A program made the translations under genes and the position numbers. A model generated the notes under the pieces. The model made no database searches. It was not told where the DNA came from and worked only from the letters and a program-made list of their open reading frames with translations. A stretch of DNA of 64,000 nt from Azolla caroliniana. Its lineage: Eukaryota; Plantae; Polypodiophyta. Of this stretch, positions 36,301 through 48,009 are shown one piece after another. Positions within the stretch are counted from its first letter, which is position 1. Every line of letters starts with the position of its first letter. The DNA lies in contig JBHGNT010000020.1 of the NCBI GenBank assembly GCA_043228905.1, positions 2,728,001-2,792,000 of the forward strand, given 5' to 3'.

Positions 36301-38164
36301 TGCTCGTTTGTCTCCTCTACAACAGCCTCGTCAACAACCTCTTGCATATAGGTGATTTTCTTGGTTTGGTGTGCTCCCAAGGTGAAGAAATCAACACGGT
36401 GTGGTACCCCTGCCTTGACCTTGGCTCCATCTACCTTCAACCCATCGTTCCATCTGCAACTTGCACGACCTCCAAGTATTCTCTGTGCTGCATTTTTAGG
36501 GTTTGATTATTCATATTCTATTTGTTGCATGCCCAACTGGCATGCTTTCGTTTTCTTTGTGTTTCCTGTCCGTCTGTTTTTATTTTGTGTGTTTGACATG
36601 GATGAGTTTTTTTCTGACTATTTAGGGTTTTGTGTGTTTGACATGGCTTGTACATGCAACTTAGATTGAGTTGGCTATGATGATTTGCTGGTTGTTGATA
36701 GTATTTTGATGATTTTTATTCTTGTACATGCATATTCTTTCAACAAGAATAGTGAAGACTAGGACAATGACGAGAAGGACACCCATAAAGAAGACATTGG
36801 TGAAAGAGAAAGTGAAGACACCAGTGAAGGAAAGAAAAAGGACACCTATCAAAGAAAGCAAGAAGACACCCACAAGAGAAAGGGTGATGAACTCATCAAC
36901 TCAAAGAAAGAAGATGTGCCACTCCATCATTCGAGACACACCTCTCAAATGACGTTATTTCCTTCGAGCACGACTTGAAGTTTATGAAGATCTGAGAGAG
37001 TGGTTGATAAAAACCTGGGGGTCACCACATCCTGATACAAGGCAAGGATTCCACATAAAGTGGATTGAAGAAGGAATATGTGAACTTATTGAAGACGAGA
37101 TATGAACATGTTTATGATACTAATCAAATCTATAACAATGAGGTGGGTACTGTTTTTGCACGTGCATTTGCATGTGAAGTTTAGGGTGGCATCGACATAG
37201 ATTGGGAAGATTTTAATCATCACCGATCAGAACATTATAAAGGGTCCTCAGTACCAACACTGGCTTGAAGTTATCAGGAACTTCTCATGTGGATATTCCG
37301 GCTACAACACCTGTCCACCAAGTTCAATTTGCAAAGCTACAAGCCACAATGACTGAAAAGCATGAACAGATGATGGTTGGTTGCATAACTTCTATGAGCT
37401 CATGAATACATGCACTACTTGTTGATTTGGAAGAAGTTAAATCAATTGAGATACAGGCAGAAAAGCAATTCTCTTCAATAAAGACTACATATGAATGGAT
37501 TGCATCGACAGTCCAAAATTCAGAAAGTGAGGTGTTGAAAGAGGAGTTGAAGAAAGAGTTGAACAATATGGGCAGTCAATTAGGATCACAGATGAGAGAC
37601 CTTGATACTTGCAGAAATGCACATTGCGAACTAGATAATAAGTTGTCATCTTTAAAGTTGCATTCCGAGAACCTTGCGTGCTTGATGCAGGATTTAAAAC
37701 AAAAAGGTTTTGAAACTTTGTGTCCATCTGTAATTGAGCACCCAAGTGGTATGGAAAGTACCATTACTAGTATAGCTATATCACGGTATTGGCTTTAAAA
37801 GTTATTTATTTCTACTTCTGTGGTATAAATATCATATTAGCTAATATATTATAACTTGTGTTTGCAATCTGCCAGGTGTATATTTTGTGGCCTCGGATTC
37901 AAGCTTGAGTCTATGGATGTTGTCATTACACCGTGCTTGCACACATATCATGTGCTATGTGCTAAGTACCATTTTGAGAAAGAAAATGCTTGTATGGACT
38001 ATAAAACTACAGTTGCTGCTGAGTGGTACTATGCTTGGGGTTTAAAAGTACACTCGTACGGTATGTGGCTCTACTATTCTATTGTTTGTATTATATGATG
38101 TCAATTTACATTTGGATTAGAACTTGTGTACGCCACAATTCATACTTCAAATTTAGGAAAACAA

Positions 38165-39120
38165 TGGATTAGTACTAGTGTAGCTCCAACAACTAATATG
38201 CGGAACCCTATTTATGTGGGTTAGTATTGGCAGTACTCTTAATATATAATTGGTATGGGTAGTTGAACGGATATTTTCCAGAATTAGTACTATTTGAGTA
38301 ATTTGGGAACCAGGTGTGACATTGTTCGGGATTGGTACTAGTTATGTAATTTGAGCACAAGGTATGTAGTACACTGTGAACAACTAGTACTAAATGTGTA
38401 ATTTGGGAATTAGGAGTGTAGAACACATATCATGATTAGTACTACTTGTATGCAAAATACCACTTTAGTAGCAAAGAAGGAAGATATTTAGATGTATTTG
38501 TTGGATAAGTTGTTCATCCAATCTATATTACAACTTGCCTAGTACTAGTTTAGTACACACTATACTTGTAGTACACTGTTGACTATTAGTACTATTTGTG
38601 TAATTTGGGAATTAGTTGTGTAGTACATTGTTCACGATTAGTACTAGTTATGTAATTTGGGAACATGGTGTATAGTAAATTGTTGAAGATTAGTACAGTT
38701 TGTGTAATTTGGAAATGAGGTGTGTCAAACACATATCACGTTTAGTACTAATACTGTTGACGATTAATACTGTTGGTGTAATTAGTACTAGTTATGTAAT
38801 TAGGTGTGTAGAACACATATCACGTTTAGTATTACTTGTGTGCAAAATACCACATTAGTACTGAAGTCCAATCTACATTTGTTGGATTAGATGTTAGTCC
38901 AATCTATATTACAACGTGCCCAGTACTAGTGTTAGTACACACTATACTTGTAGTACATTGTTGACGATAAGTACTAGTTGTGTAATTTGGGAACTAAGTG
39001 AGTAGTGCATTGTTCATGATTAGTACTACTTGTGTAATTTGGGAACTAAGTGAGTAATACATTGCTCACGATTAGTACTAGATGTGTAATATGGGAACTA
39101 GGTGTAGCCTAATGATCTAG
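38165..39120. repeat. Degenerate ~55-bp tandem array with palindromic ATTAGTACTAGT core (probably intronic)
   Basis: Recurrent GATTAGTACTAGTT.TGTAATTTGGGAA...TAGTACATTGTT. Confidence 0.85.
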
Positions 39121-40234
39121 TAATGCGGCTCTTGTGACCTACATTGTATTTTTTATATACGGTACTAACGTTGAAGGTTTTTTTGTTTCTTGCAATGAAT
39201 GTTGTAGTGTCAAGCAACTCCACGCCAGGGAAGGTAATGGAACAACCAACCCCTATGCCTAAACCCTTGGTATCTGCTGCACATTCCAAGGTTCAGGGAC
39301 CATCATTACCAGTAACCTATGAGTTTTATGATGAAGATGAAGGTATGAGAAGGGCCATTGGAGCAGTGGAACATATGCTTCTACAAACAAATTCCCGAAG
39401 CTCCAGTCAACATCAAAACAATCCAGGTAACGCAAATTGAGTTAGCATATCTTAATTCTCATTTGTGTATGTTGAATGCCTAATGTCTTTTAAAAAGAGC
39501 CCACTAAGAAGAGGAATGATGCAAGAAAGTTGTATGGAAAGGGCAAGAAAGGCAAAGTTGAATGCAATGGTGAGTCATATATGTTCTCACTTGTCCGGAG
39601 AATTGTCAACCTAATGCATTGTCTAATACCATGTACTTGTGTTACTAGCTGATGAAGAAATGATCTTTGGTGAGGGATACGAGTCCAAAACCTCATCATG
39701 AAGACGAATTTATCACACTCCTAGGTACATGTCAAAAGCCCTCAAAGAAAACAATGATTTAGATCATAACAACCCTATTATAGTGGTGCTTTTGGTGCAT
39801 TCTATAGATACTATTATAAAATCTTCTATTGACAATGAGCTCCAACCTATTGAACACTTAGATGTTGTGGAGAAGATGACCGAGCCTACCACTTGCAATG
39901 GGTTGTCTATGACTGTATAGTATGACGATGTAACAATAGGTAAAAATGTGGCTATTAACCTTATGTTCATTGTTGTTGGTATGTTTGCAAACTTTTGAGT
40001 ATGTGAGTTAATACTAATATTCTCTAGAATCCCATTATTTAGGTTTACAAGAGCAGTATGATTCCCAACTGCAATCAAATGAATCGGGAACTATATGGAG
40101 CACAAGTGTAGAGTTAGATTCTGGGATTAACCTTTGCACGGAAGCAGACTCTGGGAGAACATCTTCCACACATGATGACTATGAAAAAAAGGAAGCATTC
40201 ATATTTGAAGAGCAATTGGCATGTACAAACAACA

Positions 40235-40920
40235 ATTTGTCTAAAGAAGCCCGTGAGGAGTGTGGAAAGAATATCGCTAGTACTGAAGAGGAGCCTGATT
40301 GTACTGAGAATGTGCTTGTATTGTCTAAAGAATCCCATGAGGAGTGTGGAAAGAATATCTCTAGTACTGAAGAGGAAACTGATTGTATTGAGAATGTGCT
40401 AGCAATGTCTATAGAAGCCCATGAGGAGTGTGGAAAGAATATAGCTAGTACTGAAGAGGAGCCTGATTGTATTGAGAATGTGCTAGTAGTGTCTAAAGAA
40501 GCCCATGAGGAGTGTGGAAAGAATATCACTAGGAATGAAGAGGGGCCTGATTGTACTGAGAACGAGCATACTAGCATCACCCATGAGGACCAGGCAATAA
40601 AGACCACCCAAGAAGGGGAACACGGTTGTCTTAAGAATGAGGTGACAACCACCGTATAAGAGGAGTTGACCATAAGTAATGCCACAACCCCCATACATGA
40701 GTCTAATTGTACTAAGAACGAATATACTAGCATCACCGATGATGATAGGGCAATAAAGACCACCCAAGAAGGAGAGCACAGTGGTCTTAAGAATGAGGTG
40801 ACTATCACCAACCAAGAGGAGTTCACGATGAGTACTGCTATAGCCCACATACAGGAGCCTAATTGTACTGAGAATGAGCATACTAGCAACAACATGAGTA
40901 CTAAAACATCCCACATATAG
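40235..40920 (+). repeat. Coding tandem repeats: 90-bp (30-aa) x ~4, then ~165-bp x 2
   Basis: SKEAHEECGKNIASTEEEPDCIENVLV repeats; CTENEHTSIT..D.AIKTTQEGEH repeats. Confidence 0.9.
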
Positions 40921-41334
40921 GAGATGAATGATAATTTGACTATGAACAGTACCTTTGTGGATGTGTGTACAAGCATTGCAGTTGCAGAAAACACAGTTGC
41001 TCTCTCAAGCTTGCCACTGGTACAAGGTGCCCGAACATCCACACCTGTCTCTGATGCCTCTAATGATGAAGTGTCACTTAGTAAGCTGATACCTAAAGGC
41101 TTTAAGATAAAGAAGAATGTAAAATCACAAAAAACTGGCACCAATAACAAGCGCATTACAAGATCAACGAAATTGTGAAATGGTGCTTGATTGTCTTTCG
41201 ATTGTACTTGAACTATAGCTGAACTGTTAGTGATGTCTGAACTTGAACTACTTGGTATACCAAAATACTGTCTAAATTGCTAATGTGAAATGTTGTACTG
41301 ACTCCAGTTCACTCATCTAGTGTTGTTAACGTAA

Positions 41335-41660
41335 TGTGAAATTCTATATTGCCAATTGTAGAGAATGAGAATGTATTCTATTGTTAATTGTCATGCAACC
41401 ATGATTGTGTTGAACTACAACTGAACTGTTACTAGTGTACTGTTTAAATTGCCCCTGTGAAATGCTGTGAAGATCAGATCACTCATCTAGTGTTGTAGTG
41501 TAATGTGAAATTCTATATTGCTAATTGTAGATAATGAGAATGTATTCTATTGTCAATTGTTATGCAGCCATGATTGTGTTGATTACAAATAAAATTCTAT
41601 ATTGCTAATTGTAGAGAATGAGAATGTATTCTATTGTCAATTTGTCATGCAGCCATGAAT
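41335..41660. repeat. Local duplications (three ~65-bp copies)
   Basis: ATTCTATATTGCTAATTGTAGAGAATGAGAATGTATTCTATTG near 41341, 41510 and 41593. Confidence 0.85.
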
Positions 41661-42189
41661 GTAGTAGGGAACAATTTGACATTCATATTAGTACTAAAAT
41701 AAGATGTATGTAACCGTCTAACTTAGATACTTCAGGAGACTACTATGAATTAGTGAACACTTACAATTGACATTAGTACTAAACTAATATGTATATTGAT
41801 ACTTGCGAAGTATGGTCTCCTTGAGTGTACATAGTCAGAGTCGAATAAAGACTTAACACAATAGGGATTAGACTACTGGTATTGATAGTTGAATAAGTTT
41901 GGGCCATATTGATGCTACTAAGTATTGAAGACTTCACATCCTAAACCATAGAAACAACCAACTCTATAATTACCATGAACACTTACAAAACAAGCTCAAT
42001 AAATACTCTAAACACTTTAGAAGAAAGATGAAATATATCGATTCATTTTTCAATCATCAAAATTAATATATCAATACATCAAATAGTGAACTACAAGCAG
42101 ATGTTTTTCAGTTGCCAACTACAATGTATTAATAGTGTAACTTTCAAGCATTAAACAGAGAGACCTCCCCTAATATGTGCTCATGAACC

Positions 42190-42695
42190 TCTTGGGGAAC
42201 CTTGTAGACAATGTTGTATCCCTTAATCTTGTGCTTTGCTTGAGTCATATTGAACTTGATCGCAAGAATGGCAGCAGTGTAGATTATATGCGATGGGTGC
42301 ATCTTTTAGTAATGCATATGTATTCTTGCACTGCGACAACTTTGCATAATAGTTTCCATACACGACAGACTCACCAACGTTGAACATGTTGCCCCAGCCA
42401 TCCCTCACCACTTCTTTCAATAATGTCTTTCCTTGCTTGCACACCTTAATGTAGTAGTCTTCTATATCTTCATTCTGAGGAGATTTGAGCACCGCAAAAT
42501 GATCTCCAACTTCCAATAAAACTGCCAAGTCTTGATGTTGGTTGTAGTATACAATATCGTTTGAATGTACATCCTCTTCAATATCATCTTGTTGTTCAGG
42601 CTCAAGCTTCTGCAACTTCCAAGGCTCCACGATTGATAGGTTGATGCATTTATCCCAAGCTTCATCTATACACATGGAACAAGTAAAATGTATTT
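42190..42695 (-). pseudogene. C-terminal part of a putative transposase, truncated by family X
   Basis: CSMCIDEAWDKC...W...LEVGDHFAV...DGWGNMFNVGESVVYGNYY; recalled resemblance to the C-terminus of the family seen at 20928. Confidence 0.5.
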
Positions 42696-42696
42696 G

Positions 42697-45090
42697 AGTA
42701 GTACTCTAATGGGACAAGCAAAATGTAGTTTAGTCGATTCGAGAACGGCATGTTACATGACAAGCTTTATAACAATAGTGTTGGAAATTCTCAAAAAATT
42801 GAATTAATATGAAGCTTTGCTCAAATACGCCGTTTTCGTGGACTACATTCATTTCTATCTTAGAAGAAACTTAGGCGCACTATTGGTTTTTACAGATAAC
42901 AAATTCTAAAAATTCAATACTTAGGTTAATATGCAATAACTCAATCAGAAATTTTTCAGGTACATTTTCTGTTTCTGATAGTATACGAATGCCTTGGAAA
43001 TATGCTTAGGTTGCCTTCCAAGCAATAGACCCGAGTTCAACTCTCGGCAACCGCACACTATGTTATTTCAATCACTTCTATGCTTCCAACTCAAAAGCAA
43101 ACATTATTTAATTTCCATTCCAGAATGATACATACCTTTCAAAGTTTCATAACTAGAGCGTAAGAAGTCGTCAACAAAGTCAATTCATATAAAGCTTTCC
43201 TAAAGCAACTATTTTTCTGAACTACTTTCATTTCTATGTTAGAAAAAACTAAAGGTAAACTTTTGCTCACTCATGTCACAAATGGTAAAGATTAAGGACT
43301 CACACTATAGTTAATATATTTTCTTTGAAAGCAATACATAGAACTTCAACATGTCATAAGTACACGTTGCGTGCTTTAGAGTAGTGGTCCAATGGGACAA
43401 GAAAAATGTATGTGAGTCGATCCGAGCACGGCATGTTACTTGGCAAGTTTTATAACTATATTGTAGGAAATTCTCAAAACATAAAATTAATATGAAGCTA
43501 TGCTCAAATAGGCCGTTTTCGTGGACTAGATTCATTTATATCTTAGAAGAAACTTAGGCGCACGATTGGTTTATTCACATAACAAATCATAAAGATTCAA
43601 TACTGAGGTTAATATGCAATAACTCAGCAAGAAATTTTTCTCGTACATTTTTTTGTTTTTGATAGTATACGAATCCCTTGGAAATACGCCCAAAATGCGG
43701 TTGTAGTCCAACGGTTAGGATAATTGCCTTTCAAGCAATAGTGTCGAGTTCAATTCTTAGCAAGCACACACTATCTTATTTCAATCACTGCTTCCAACGA
43801 AAAAGAAACAATTATACAATTCCATTCCAGAATGATACATACCTTTCAAAGTTTCATAACTAGAGCATACGCAGTCGTCAACAAAGTGAATTCATCGAAA
43901 TCTTTCCTAAAACAACTATTTTTCTGAACTAGTTTCATTTCTATCTTAGAAGAAACTAAGGCTCAAGTGAGCATACTAGTTTCATTTCTATCTTAGAAGA
44001 AACTAAGGCTCAAGTTTTGCTTACTAATGTGACAAATGGAAAAGATGAAGGACTCACACTGATATGAGATATTTGTGCGCTTGTAGTCCTATAATTAATA
44101 TATTTTCTTTGAAAGCAATAAAGAGAACGTCAACATGTCGTAAGTGCACGTTGTGTGCTTTAGAGTAGTAGTCCAATGGGACAAGCAAAATGTAGTTGAG
44201 TTCATTCGAGAATGGCATGTTAGTTGACAAGTTTTATAACAATATTGTAGGAAATTCTCAAAAAATTGAATTAATATGAAGCTTTGCTCAAATAGGCCGT
44301 TTTCGTGGACTAGATTCATTTGTATCTTAGAAGAAACTTGGGAGCACTATTGGTTTATTCCGATAACAAATCGTGAAGATTCAATACTGAGGTTAATATG
44401 CAATAACTCACCAAGAAATTTTTCGCATATATTTTTTGTTTCTAATAGTATACGAATCCCTTGGAAATATGCCCAAATTGCGCTTGTAGTGCAACAGTTA
44501 GAATAATTGCCTTCTAAGCAATAGACCCGAGTTCAACTCTCGGCAAGCGCACATTATGTTATTTCAATCACTGCTTCCAACGGAAATGGAAAAATGATAC
44601 ATACCTTTCAAAATTGAATTAATATGAAGCTTTGCTCAAATAGGCCATTTTTGTGGACTATATTCATTTGTATCTTAGAAGAAACCGAAAAGAAAAAATG
44701 ATACATACCTTTCAAAATTGATTTAATATGAAGCTTTGCTCAAATAGGCCATTTTCGTGGACTATATTCATTTGTATCTTCGAAGAAACTTTCGAGCATT
44801 GTTGGTTTATTCAGACAACAAATCGTAAAGATTGAATAGTGAGGTTAATATGCAATTACTCAACAAAAAAAAATTCGCGTAGATTTTTTGTTCTTGATAC
44901 TATACGAATAGCTTGGAAATATGCCCAAATGGCGCTTCCAAGCAATAGATCCGAGTTCAACTCTCGGAAAGTGCATACTATGTTATTTCAATCACTGCTT
45001 CCAATGGAAAAGAAAAAATAATTCAATTCAATTCCAGAATGATACATACCTTTCAAAGATTCATAACTAGAGCGGAAGAAGTCGGCAACA
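42697..45090 (+). repeat. Repeat family X tandem array (about 3 units of ~700-780 bp plus partials)
   Basis: AATGGGACAAG recurs near 42708, 43391 and 44175; each unit holds two diverged subrepeats. Confidence 0.93.
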
Positions 45091-47100
45091 TGAAGAAACA
45101 GTTAATATTTCTCGAGCAGGAGGAGCTCATCGGGAGGTTGCACGAACAACAGCTCGAAGGGATGGCAGTGATGACAATAGAGGGGGCATCAACCAGCGTC
45201 TCCGAACCATCAGAGGCTGCACGAACTGCAGTTCGAAACCCTCTTGCCAACAAGGGGATGTAGGTATGTGAGGATCGAACCTCTAATGCTTATGATGATG
45301 ATCTAGAACGGGGGATAGAGGGCATGAATAGGCTAGGTGATAACTCAATGCCAACTATGGGAGCCTTTGTTCTCTCCCCAGAAGAAGAATGCATCATGGA
45401 GAGTGAAATCGTAAGACTTAGACAGGAATCATTTGTGGTGAAAGTGGTGGTTAGTCTACCGAATCGCCCGTTGTTGCGTGATTGGTTGCAAAGTTTCTTG
45501 CAAGAAAACCTTGGAAGAATGAAGGACATCACATTTATGGGAACGGGGTTTTACCATGTTACTGTGATGCTTGAAATGAATATATGCAAAATTATCGAGA
45601 GCAGTCCATTGACATGGCACAATGCAAGAGCATATGTATTCAAATGGGATGTAGACTTCGACATGTGTAAAGCAAATGCTTGTGTAGGAAATCCAACAGT
45701 AATAATGGCCTTTTTCCCTGGTTTACCTAAGCAATGGGAGTCCTTTCTCCCAGCCATTGGGAAAAGTATGGGAGGGTAATGTTTGGAAAAAACATTTGCA
45801 GAGAGAGTAAGTGAAACACCGAGGATGAAATTAATTGTCTCTGATGTAAAGGCCTTACCACAAACAATGGTGCTAAGGATCAAACTAATTCTTGACCATG
45901 TACAACCAGTGGAATATGTTGGACTTCTAGGGCAATGATTTGTATGTAGACAAATGGGGCATATGGCCCGAGAATGCCCAAGAGGTAAGGAGATCATGCA
46001 TCGTAGAAATGGGAAGCATGGATGGAAAAGCCCAACAAGTTTGACACAACAGAAAAATATGAGAACAAACCATGCAATGCGGATAAATGAAGATGGATGG
46101 AAGTATATGAATAATGAAGGAAAACGAAAAATTATGCTCGGACAAGAATGGCTTCCACTTAGCAACAAATATGAACTCTTAACCTTAGAGGACAATGAAA
46201 ACATAACTAATGACAAGGAAGCAAGATCAAAGGCACATTCAGAGAGCAACTTTGTGAATGTTATTAATGATATGCAGACATTGTAGCAGGAAGACAATGT
46301 GTTAGTGTTTGAAACTAATTAGATGCATCAAGAATGTATGGATAAGGCAGGAGAAATAAGAAATCAAAAGGATGTAAGCCCCTTGAAAGAGCAAGATAAG
46401 TCACTAATGACAACCCAACATATTAAGGGGATAGCAAAAATGAAAAGGCACATGTGTGCTAGAAAAGAGGAAGAGAATAGGATGGAAAAAAATAAAGGTA
46501 TGCGTAAATGGTCAAGAGTGAAATGGAATCCTCAATACAAAGTGACCCCCCTATTGAATATTGGGCAACAAATCAAATTGAAACTGACAGGCAAAAAGTG
46601 GTTCAAGGAAATGTGTGGGACTGAGATGAAGAAGAACATCATGTGTAGAATAAATATCTATAGTAATTGTGAGGACGTAGGTCAGATCGTTGGACTGTCC
46701 TATATGTTGGTTGCGGGAAATAAGGAGCCCCACAACAGAGAAGAAGCACTCGAATGGTTGGAACAACAAATGGGTGCTCATGTAGATTCAACATATGGTA
46801 CCGCAATAAGTGTGAAAATGAAAAGACAATGGAAAGATGCCATGATATGGAGCTCGGGCAAGGCAGATGAGCAAGGCATATGCTATATAAATGTGAAATT
46901 TAGGAAGCTACCTCGAATGATCACGGAATTCATGGTATAACACCTTGAAATGGTGACACTAGAAGAGGATAATCTCCAAGATATGATCTTAGCGAACCTA
47001 GTGGAAGCTGAAAATGCATTGGTTGGGTCACTAAAGAGGCACGGTATATGTTGAAATGAATCTTAGCTTGCTAACATTGAATATTCAAGCAATTGGTGGT
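45090..47100 (+). pseudogene. Degenerate L1-type LINE ORF1 (DUF4283-like + zinc knuckle); no ORF2 seen
   Basis: ITFMGTGFYHV, PGLPKQW...IGKSMG, VEYVGL..(*)FVCRQMGHMARECP. Confidence 0.7.
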
Positions 47101-48009
47101 AGCCAATTCCACAAGAAGAAGAATGTATTACCTGCTGAAATTTAGTGATGCACTAAGGCAATAGTGCTTGATGTTATCATGGTGCAAGAGCATCATCTAG
47201 ATGGGGATAAGATGGACAAAATCGCAAACATCTGCCCTAGGAGTTGGACCAATACATGGTCGGAAGCTACGGTATCGTGAAGATTTCCGGCTTTGGTGTG
47301 AAACCGGGATGGAATGGGCAAGTCGGCAATGTACAACATGTGCACATGTATAGTAGGAAAATGGTGTATAGAATAAGGGGGAGGATTTATCCCACATTGT
47401 AACATCCCTCCCTCCTTGGGCTATAAAAGGAAGCGAGGGTCCCTTGAAAAAGGGTTGCCCATTTTGAGTTAGGAGGGTATACCACTTAGGTCGAAGGTGT
47501 GTTAGTTCTTCTTCTTCTTACTTTAGAGTTTCTTTGAGGTCTTCATCTTCGTGTCTGTTTAGGGTTTAGTTTGGTGAAGAGCTTGCATGTCATGTGGGGT
47601 TTGCTTCTGCTCAGTCTCCTGTGCAAGACCCCGCTCGGTGCGACGAGCCCGAGAGCTCCCCGATTGGCTACTTGGTAGCAGACTGTTGTTGTAACCTAAC
47701 CTACTTTAGTCCTGCTTGGAGCCGGAGTTGTATCTTGCTCTTGTAATTATATATATATATATATAAGGTTGCGGATATATGTGTCTCTGTTGGTGTCGGG
47801 TGCATTTCTTTTCTTTATTTCCTGTACATAAAAGGCGTGTGTTGAGTCGGTGTTGCGTGCGTGCTCTCTCTCTCTCTCTCATGCTCAGTAGCCTCTGGTA
47901 CGTGTCCGGAATCGCTCCGGTTTACGTCAGAACTGGTACAGCCGGGACCAGAGAGATTCAACCTCCCCGCATCCCTCTCTTCCTCGTCCGAGACCCCCGT
48001 GATCCCGCC

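Larger units (their letters stand above)
36750..41178 (+). pseudogene. Multi-exon cargo gene: basic N-terminus, FARAFA-motif domain, coiled coil, RING-H2, acidic repeat tail
   Basis: NNEVGTVFARAFACEV*GGIDIDWEDF near 37130-37215; coiled coil 37427-37798; CIFCG...PCLHTYHVLC...CMDY...EW at 37875-38040; tandem peptide repeats 40216-40920; several stops. Confidence 0.65.

Noticed and set aside
40179-41156. 325-aa hydrophobic minus-strand ORF
   Set aside because: Antisense shadow of the acidic repeat exon on the plus strand
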